From Candidatus Versatilivorator sp. (lineage in GTDB: Bacteria; Acidobacteriota; Terriglobia; Versatilivoradales; Versatilivoraceae), in contig OZ242296.1 in NCBI GenBank assembly GCA_965207735.1, positions 4,160,001 to 4,224,000 on the forward strand: a DNA stretch of 64,000 bases, read 5' to 3'. Positions 57,967 through 64,000 of the stretch are shown in pieces. Made by a program: the position numbers and the translations under genes. The number at the start of each line of letters is the position of its first letter. The stretch's first letter is position 1. The notes under the pieces are model-generated. The model searched no databases and was not told where the DNA came from. It saw only the letters and a list, made by a program, of their open reading frames with translations.

Positions 57967-60492
57967 GTGAACAGGAGCAATCTGGTTCGGGCGGCCCTGG
58001 CGCTTGCGGCCATCACAGGGCTGTTGACCGTTGCGGGAACGGCCGCTGAACCTACGGTGGATTTCGCCCGGGAGATCCAGCCGATCTTCCAGGAGCGGTG
58101 CCTGGCCTGTCACGGCAGCCAAACCCAGCTGCACGGCTTCAGGCTGGACCGCAGGTCGGATGCCTTCAGGGGCGGCGACTCCGGCGTCCCGGCTATCATT
58201 CCGGGAAACAGCTCCGACAGCTTGCTGCTGCGCTATGTCTCCGGGCGGGACCCCGAGGTGGTCATGCCGCCCGAGGGACCGCCGCTGACCGGTGAGCAGG
58301 TGGAGCTGCTGCGTCGCTGGATCGACCAGGGGGCAGTCTGGCCACAGGACGAGATCCCCTCCGAGTCCCAGTCCGGCGTCAATTCACACTGGGCTTTCCA
58401 GCCGATCTCCGCACCTGCGTTGCCGGCCGTGGAGACAAAGGAGTGGGTCAACAACCCCATCGATGCCTTCGTCCTGGAAAAGCTGGAGGCGAAAGGCTGG
58501 AAGCCCTCGCCCGCGACCGAACCCCATCAGCTGCTGCGGCGACTCTATCTCAACCTGATTGGACTGCCCCCCAACTTGGCAGAGCAGGAAGCCTTTCTGA
58601 AGGACCCCAGCGAGGCTGCCTACAAGGCAACCATCGATGATCTGCTGGAGCGCCCGGCCTACGGGGAGCGCTGGGCCCGCCACTGGCTGGACTTGGTGCG
58701 CTACGCCGAAAGCAACGGATACGAACGGGACGGCGCCAAGCCCCACGCCTGGAAATACCGGGACTACGTGATCCGGTCCTTCAACCGGGACAAGCCCTTC
58801 GACCGCTTTGTCCTGGAGCAGTTGGCGGGAGACGAACTGCCCGACGCCTCAGCCGAGACCCTCATCGCCACCGGGTATTTCCGCCTGGGACCCTGGGACG
58901 ATGAACCCGCCGATCCCGAAACCGACCGCTTCGATCAACTCGACGACATCGTCAGCACCACCTCCCAGGTCTTCCTGGGACTGACCCTGGGTTGCGCCCG
59001 CTGCCACAACCATAAGTTCGACCCCCTGACCGCCCGGGATTACTACTCCATGGTGGCCGTCTTCAACGGCCTGCAGCGTCCCCGCAGGAAGCGCACCGAG
59101 CTGGACCTGCCGATCGGGACTCCCCGGCAACTACAGCAGTACCGGGCCACCTCCCGCCGGATCGAGCGTCTGCAGGAGGAGCTCGACCGGTTGAGCGCCG
59201 GGTTACGCCGGAAGTTTTTGGAGTCAGGCAGTTCCAACCTGCCGGCCCTGGCGGTGCAGGCCTTTCTGGCCCAGGATCCCAGCCGGAAGCAGAGGGGCTT
59301 GAGGCAGCTTTTTGAAAAACAGTTGGCGGAAGAAGTAGAAAACGCCCCGGTTCCGGACGCCGTCCGGGAGCAGTTGGAGGCCGGGGAACGGGAGATCCAG
59401 GCGCTGGAGGCCGCCCGAATCGACCTGCCCCGCGGCTATTTCATGCACGAACCGGATCCGTCCCCGCCCGCCACCCATCTGTTGATCCGGGGCAGCGCCG
59501 CCAACCCGGGACCGGAAGTCGGGCCGGCCTTCCCGGCCATTCTGTCGGATACGGTCTTTCGGCCGGAGCCCCGGAACAGGAGCAGCGGGCGCCGGCTGGC
59601 CCTGGCTCGATGGCTGGCCGATCCTCAAAACCCTCTGACCCCCCGGGTGATCGTCAACCGGATCTGGCAAAAGCACTTCGGATTCGGGCTGGTTCGCAGC
59701 CCAAGCGATTTTGGCGCCCGGGGCGAAAAGCCGACACACCCCGAGCTGCTGGATTGGCTGGCCCACTGGTTCGTGAGGGAAGGATGGTCCTTCAAGAAGC
59801 TCCATCGCCTGATCCTCACCAGCAACAGTTACCGCATGAGCCGGAAGTGGAATCCCCACTACGGCGAGGAAGATCCGGAAAACCGCCTCATGTGGCGCAT
59901 GCCGCGGGTTCGACTGGAGGTCGAGGCCATTCGGGACTCCATGCTGGCGGTCAGCGGCCGGCTGAACCGGCGCATGTACGGGCCCAGCATGTTTCCCAAT
60001 ATCTCCAGGGCGGCGCTGGAGGGGCACAGCGATCCCGACACCGTCTGGAAACCGTCCGCCGAAGAAGAAGACCGCTCCCGCCGCACCATCTATGTCTTCC
60101 TGAAGCGCTCCCTGGTGGTTCCCATGCTGGAAGTGCTGGACCTGTGCGATACCACCAAGACCGCGTCCCGGCGGATGACCACCAGCGTGGCCCCGCAGGC
60201 GCTCATCCTGTTCAACAGCGAGTTCGTGAACCGGCAGGCCCGCTACCTGGCCGCCCGCCTGGAGAACGAAGTGGGAACCGATCCGGAGAAACAGATTGTA
60301 AGGGCCTATACCCTGGCGCTGGCCCGGCCTCCCAGCCCGACCGAAAAAGGGAATCTGCTCGCGTTCTTGAGGCAGGAGGCCGACGACCAGATCCGGCAGC
60401 AGGCCATCGTTCCCGCCAACGCGCGGCGTGGAGCCCTGCGAGAGATGTGCCGGGTGATTCTGAACCTGAACGAGTTTGTCTATCCGGATTGA
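57967..60492 (+). CDS. Planctomycete cytochrome c plus DUF1549 and DUF1553 protein
   Basis: CLACHG; HWAF; YGERWARHWLDLVRYAES; CARCHNHKFDP; VNRIW; PTHPELLDWLA. Confidence 0.93.
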   Translation: MNRSNLVRAALALAAITGLLTVAGTAAEPTVDFAREIQPIFQERCLACHGSQTQLHGFRLDRRSDAFRGGDSGVPAIIPGNSSDSLLLRYVSGRDPEVVMPPEGPPLTGEQVELLRRWIDQGAVWPQDEIPSESQSGVNSHWAFQPISAPALPAVETKEWVNNPIDAFVLEKLEAKGWKPSPATEPHQLLRRLYLNLIGLPPNLAEQEAFLKDPSEAAYKATIDDLLERPAYGERWARHWLDLVRYAESNGYERDGAKPHAWKYRDYVIRSFNRDKPFDRFVLEQLAGDELPDASAETLIATGYFRLGPWDDEPADPETDRFDQLDDIVSTTSQVFLGLTLGCARCHNHKFDPLTARDYYSMVAVFNGLQRPRRKRTELDLPIGTPRQLQQYRATSRRIERLQEELDRLSAGLRRKFLESGSSNLPALAVQAFLAQDPSRKQRGLRQLFEKQLAEEVENAPVPDAVREQLEAGEREIQALEAARIDLPRGYFMHEPDPSPPATHLLIRGSAANPGPEVGPAFPAILSDTVFRPEPRNRSSGRRLALARWLADPQNPLTPRVIVNRIWQKHFGFGLVRSPSDFGARGEKPTHPELLDWLAHWFVREGWSFKKLHRLILTSNSYRMSRKWNPHYGEEDPENRLMWRMPRVRLEVEAIRDSMLAVSGRLNRRMYGPSMFPNISRAALEGHSDPDTVWKPSAEEEDRSRRTIYVFLKRSLVVPMLEVLDLCDTTKTASRRMTTSVAPQALILFNSEFVNRQARYLAARLENEVGTDPEKQIVRAYTLALARPPSPTEKGNLLAFLRQEADDQIRQQAIVPANARRGALREMCRVILNLNEFVYPD

Positions 60493-60582
60493 TTCGGACG
60501 CGCTTGAAACAAACGAAAAAGGCAAGAGCTCGTCTCAGGCAGCCAGGACTGCCGGGCGGTCGAATTATGGAGAGGTGAGACC

Positions 60583-62055
60583 ATGTCCCATCGGTACATC
60601 CCCAACCCCACTCCCTGCGGCCGGAGCCGGCGGCAGTTCCTCTGGGAAGTGGGCGGTGGCTTCGCAGGCCTGGCTCTCACCGACCTGCTGATTCGCGACG
60701 GCTTCTTCACCCGAACCGCGGCCGCCTCGGACAACGTCCCCAGCGCCGGTTCCCTGCTGGACGCCCGTATGCCGCATTTCCCGGCCAAGGCCAAGCATGC
60801 CGTCTTTCTCTTCATGAACGGAGCCCCAAGCCAGGTGGACACTTTCGATCCCAAGCCGGCCCTGACCCGCTTTCACGGATCTCCGTACAAGGGCCCCCTG
60901 GAGGTCGGCTCCAACAACCGGGCCATCGGATACCTGATGCAGAGCCCCTTCCCCTTCCAAAAGCACGGCCGGAGCGGCCTGGAGATCAGCAGTCTCTTCC
61001 CCCACACGGCCAGATTCGCCGACGACCTGTGCGTCATTCGCTCCATGTATACCGATACGGCCGCCCATGCCTCCGGGTGCCTCCAGATGAACACCGGCAA
61101 CGTCACCATTGGCAAGCCCAGCCTGGGATCCTGGCTGAGTTACGGGTTGGGCACTCTCAATCAAAGTCTTCCCAGCTTCGTGGTGATGACCGACCCCCGG
61201 GGCGGTCCCATCAGCGGGGCTTCCAACTGGACGGCCGGATATATGCCCGCACCCTACCAGGGCACCCTGTTCCGCAGCACCGGGGCGCCCTTGCTGGATC
61301 TGGCCACCCCACCCGGCGTCAGCCGGCAGACCCAGCGCCATTCCCTGGATCTCTTGCGAACCCTGAACGAGGAGCACCTGGCCTCGCGGCCCCGGGAAGA
61401 CGAGCTGGCAGGCAGGATCAACACCTACGAGCTGGCCTACCGCATGCAGACCACGGCCGCCGAGGCGGTGGACCTGGACCGCGAAGACGAAGCCACCCGG
61501 GAAATGTATGGCCTGAACCGGCCCCTGACGGCCGACTTCGGCCGCAAGTGCCTGATCACCCGCCGCCTGCTGGAAAACGGGGTCCGCTTCGTGCAGCTCT
61601 ATTCCGGGGGCGGCCACATCGAGGACACCTGGGACGGCCATGGCGACTGCATCACCAATCACAAGCTCCACGCCGGGGAAACCGACCAGCCCATCGCCGC
61701 TCTCATCGCCGACCTCAAACGCAGCGGCCTGTGGGATGAGACCCTGCTGGTCTGGGGCGGTGAATTCGGCAGGACCCCCACCAGCGAGGGGATGGGCAAG
61801 CCGGGGAGAGACCACGACTGGCACGGGTTCAGCATGTGGCTGGCCGGAGCCGGGGTCAAGGGCGGGCAGGCGGTGGGCGCCACCGACGAGCTGGGGTTTG
61901 CAGCCGTGGAACAACGCTGCCACGTGTCCGACCTGCACGCCACCATTCTGCACCTGATGGGACTGGACCACACCAGGCTCACCTACCTCTACCAAGGGCT
62001 GGACCAACGCCTCACCGGCGTCCGGGGAGAGGTCGTCCAGTCGGTGCTGGCGTAG
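60583..62055 (+). CDS. DUF1501 domain protein with Tat-like signal
   Basis: SRRQFL; FMNGAPSQVDTFDPKP; YELAYRMQ; WDGH; GEFGRTP; GRDHD. Confidence 0.93.
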   Translation: MSHRYIPNPTPCGRSRRQFLWEVGGGFAGLALTDLLIRDGFFTRTAAASDNVPSAGSLLDARMPHFPAKAKHAVFLFMNGAPSQVDTFDPKPALTRFHGSPYKGPLEVGSNNRAIGYLMQSPFPFQKHGRSGLEISSLFPHTARFADDLCVIRSMYTDTAAHASGCLQMNTGNVTIGKPSLGSWLSYGLGTLNQSLPSFVVMTDPRGGPISGASNWTAGYMPAPYQGTLFRSTGAPLLDLATPPGVSRQTQRHSLDLLRTLNEEHLASRPREDELAGRINTYELAYRMQTTAAEAVDLDREDEATREMYGLNRPLTADFGRKCLITRRLLENGVRFVQLYSGGGHIEDTWDGHGDCITNHKLHAGETDQPIAALIADLKRSGLWDETLLVWGGEFGRTPTSEGMGKPGRDHDWHGFSMWLAGAGVKGGQAVGATDELGFAAVEQRCHVSDLHATILHLMGLDHTRLTYLYQGLDQRLTGVRGEVVQSVLA

Positions 62056-62076
62056 CCCCTCCCGCGAACCGAACCA

Positions 62077-62820
62077 ATGGACCTGCAGCAAGGCAGAGGC
62101 TGGATCGCGGAAAGCCGCTCGGTTACCGGCTTCACCGGAGCCGGCATCTCGACCGAGTCGGGCATCCCCGATTTTCGCAGTCCCAACGGGGTCTGGGCCC
62201 GAAACCGGACCGTCTATTTTCAGGAATTCCTCAACAACGAAGCCGACCGCATCGAATACTGGCGGCAGAAGGTGGAAAGCTGGCCGGCCATGCGGGATGC
62301 GGCGCCCAACGCCGGTCATCTGGCCTTTGCCGAGCTGGCCCGGCAGGGCAAGCTGCTGGCCATGATCACGCAGAACATCGACGGCCTCCACCGACGTTCG
62401 GGTCTGGACAGCCGGTTGATACTGGAACTGCACGGGACCACGGCAGAAGCGGCCTGCCTCGGCTGCGGCAGAAGGATCTCCATGGATGAGGCCGTCGACC
62501 GCGTGGTCCAAGGTGAGCCGGCGCCTCGCTGTGCCCGCTGCGGGGGCCTGCTGAAGCCCGCGACCGTTTCCTTCGGCCAATCCCTTCCCATGGAGGTGCT
62601 GGACCGGTCCCGCCGGGCCGCCCAGGACTGCGAGGTCTTCCTGGCGGTAGGCTCTTCCCTGGTAGTGGAGCCGGCCGCTTCCCTGCCCCTTCTGGCCAAG
62701 CAGTCCGGGGCCAGGCTCATCATCCTCAACCGGACCGAGACCCCCCTGGATGGATTTGCCGACCTGGTGATCCGGGAAGAGATCGGACACACCCTGCCCG
62801 GCTTGGTGGAACCTGCCTGA
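62077..62820 (+). CDS. cobB: Sir2/CobB NAD-dependent deacylase
   Basis: TGAGISTESGIPDFR, TQNIDGLH, ELHG, two CxxC, GSSLVV. Confidence 0.92.
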   Translation: MDLQQGRGWIAESRSVTGFTGAGISTESGIPDFRSPNGVWARNRTVYFQEFLNNEADRIEYWRQKVESWPAMRDAAPNAGHLAFAELARQGKLLAMITQNIDGLHRRSGLDSRLILELHGTTAEAACLGCGRRISMDEAVDRVVQGEPAPRCARCGGLLKPATVSFGQSLPMEVLDRSRRAAQDCEVFLAVGSSLVVEPAASLPLLAKQSGARLIILNRTETPLDGFADLVIREEIGHTLPGLVEPA

Positions 62821-62824
62821 TCGC

Positions 62825-63652
62825 TTATTCCCGGGGGGTCTGGTCGTTGAAGACTTGGGTTCGTTTGAGAAGGCGGCGTTCCCGGCCGGGGAACCCTTCG
62901 CGGCGGTGCATGGTGCAACGATTGTCCCAGACCACCAGGTCATCGATCTGCCAGTGGTGGGTCCACACGAACCGGGGAAGCTCGATGTGGCCAATAAGCA
63001 GGTCAAGCAGCCGCCGGCTCTCGGAGGGGTCGAGTCCGACAACGTGTTTGGTGAGGTGGGGGCCCAGGTAAAGGGCCTTGCGGCCCGTTTCGGGATGGGT
63101 GCAGGCCAGAGGGTGAGACACGGGATAGGGGCGATTCTGGGCTTCCACCGAGTGTCGATGGACCGCTCTCAGCCCCCACAGGCGCGCCTTGAGACCTTCG
63201 TCCAGGGCGTCGTAGGCAGCATATCCATTGCACCACTGGGTGGCGCCACCGCCCCCCTCGGGGAGCTCGACGGCATATAGGGTCGAGATGGTCCCGGGCT
63301 GGGGCAGGTAGGACAGGTCGGAATGGAAACCGATCTCCTCGTTGCTGAGGGCTCCGATCGGCTGGCCGTTCTTCTTGAGATTGGAGATGAGGAAAATCTC
63401 CTTGACGGGGCGATCCAGCTGCTTGCGCACGTGCTCCACCGGCTTGCCGAAATGGCGGGTAAAATCCACCTGATTCCGCTCGCTGATGCGCTGCTTCCTG
63501 AAGTAGATCAGACAGTGCTGCCGCAAGGCCTGGCGAATGCCCGCCACGGCATCCGCCGGCAGCGGCTTGGACAGGTCCACATCCCTGATCTCGGCGCCCA
63601 AGGCTCCGCCGGTGGGAACGATCTTCAGCCCTTCCAGCCTGGCGACGGCCAC
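62825..63652 (-). CDS. TauD/TfdA family 2-oxoglutarate/Fe(II) dioxygenase
   Basis: LGAEI, HSD, HPETGRKALY, WDNRCTMHRR. Confidence 0.92.
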   Translation of the reverse strand: MAVARLEGLKIVPTGGALGAEIRDVDLSKPLPADAVAGIRQALRQHCLIYFRKQRISERNQVDFTRHFGKPVEHVRKQLDRPVKEIFLISNLKKNGQPIGALSNEEIGFHSDLSYLPQPGTISTLYAVELPEGGGGATQWCNGYAAYDALDEGLKARLWGLRAVHRHSVEAQNRPYPVSHPLACTHPETGRKALYLGPHLTKHVVGLDPSESRRLLDLLIGHIELPRFVWTHHWQIDDLVVWDNRCTMHRREGFPGRERRLLKRTQVFNDQTPRE

Positions 63653-63810
63653 TGTCCCTCTCCCAACGCCGATGCGATGGAGTCGAACCGAACGTTTTGA
63701 TTATACTGGAGAGGTCATCGATGGCAACCCCAAGAGCCGGGAGAGCAGCGGTGGAAACGACAGTCAGCCACCCCGGCCTTGACGCCGCCATCACCCATTC
63801 GGGAGTAGCC

Positions 63811-64000
63811 ATGAACCATCGACTTGCTCGGGCCATCGTGCCAATCCTTCTCCTGGCGCTTCTCGGGGACTGGGCTTCTGCCGGAAGCCCCCCGGCCTCC
63901 CCGCAGGACCGACCGGCGCCCGCTCAGGAGGCCGGCGATACCGACCGCCGAGACCAGGAGGAAGAAACCGACCCGGCAGGTGAAGAAGACGACACCGACA
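63811..64000 (+). CDS. secreted protein, N-terminus only (runs off window)
   Basis: GGAG RBS and ATG; MNHRLARAIVPILLLALLGDWASA signal peptide followed by an acidic linker. Confidence 0.65.
   Translation, partial: MNHRLARAIVPILLLALLGDWASAGSPPASPQDRPAPAQEAGDTDRRDQEEETDPAGEEDDTD

Noticed and set aside
62077-62820. Defence-type SIR2 NADase
   Set aside because: Canonical zinc-binding CobB-type deacylase with no defence partners
1-64000. tRNA or rRNA genes
   Set aside because: None recognised by eye; a covariance-model scan would be needed to exclude small RNAs

Overview
GC-rich bacterial chromosome window, most likely Acidobacteriota (acidobacterial VWA-domain protein, Planctomycete-type DUF1501/DUF1549/DUF1553 loci). 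About 45 CDS. Housekeeping genes: hemH, holA-lptE-leuS, ilvE-recX-alaS, queF, ispH, gnd, addAB-type helicase/nuclease and a sirtuin. There are also secreted or repeat proteins and two DUF1501 loci. The mobile cluster at 47.8-51.9 kb can be resolved to the base: an IS1182 sits in the addA stop codon, and an IS630 is nested inside the left inverted repeat of a deleted IS4 element that has a 9-bp target duplication. Intergenic regions carry several families of small inverted-repeat elements built from 7-9 nt tandem units, and one of them encloses a decayed GxxExxY nuclease gene. Other candidates are a 15-bp perfect stem that would hide the leuS start codon, an unannotated HPPD/VOC-like metalloenzyme before gnd, a probably exported CinA with altered catalytic motifs, and a Cys-terminated peptide after a DUF2063-like gene. 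No rRNA, tRNA or CRISPR array was recognised. All family calls come from motif recognition by eye, not from database searches.
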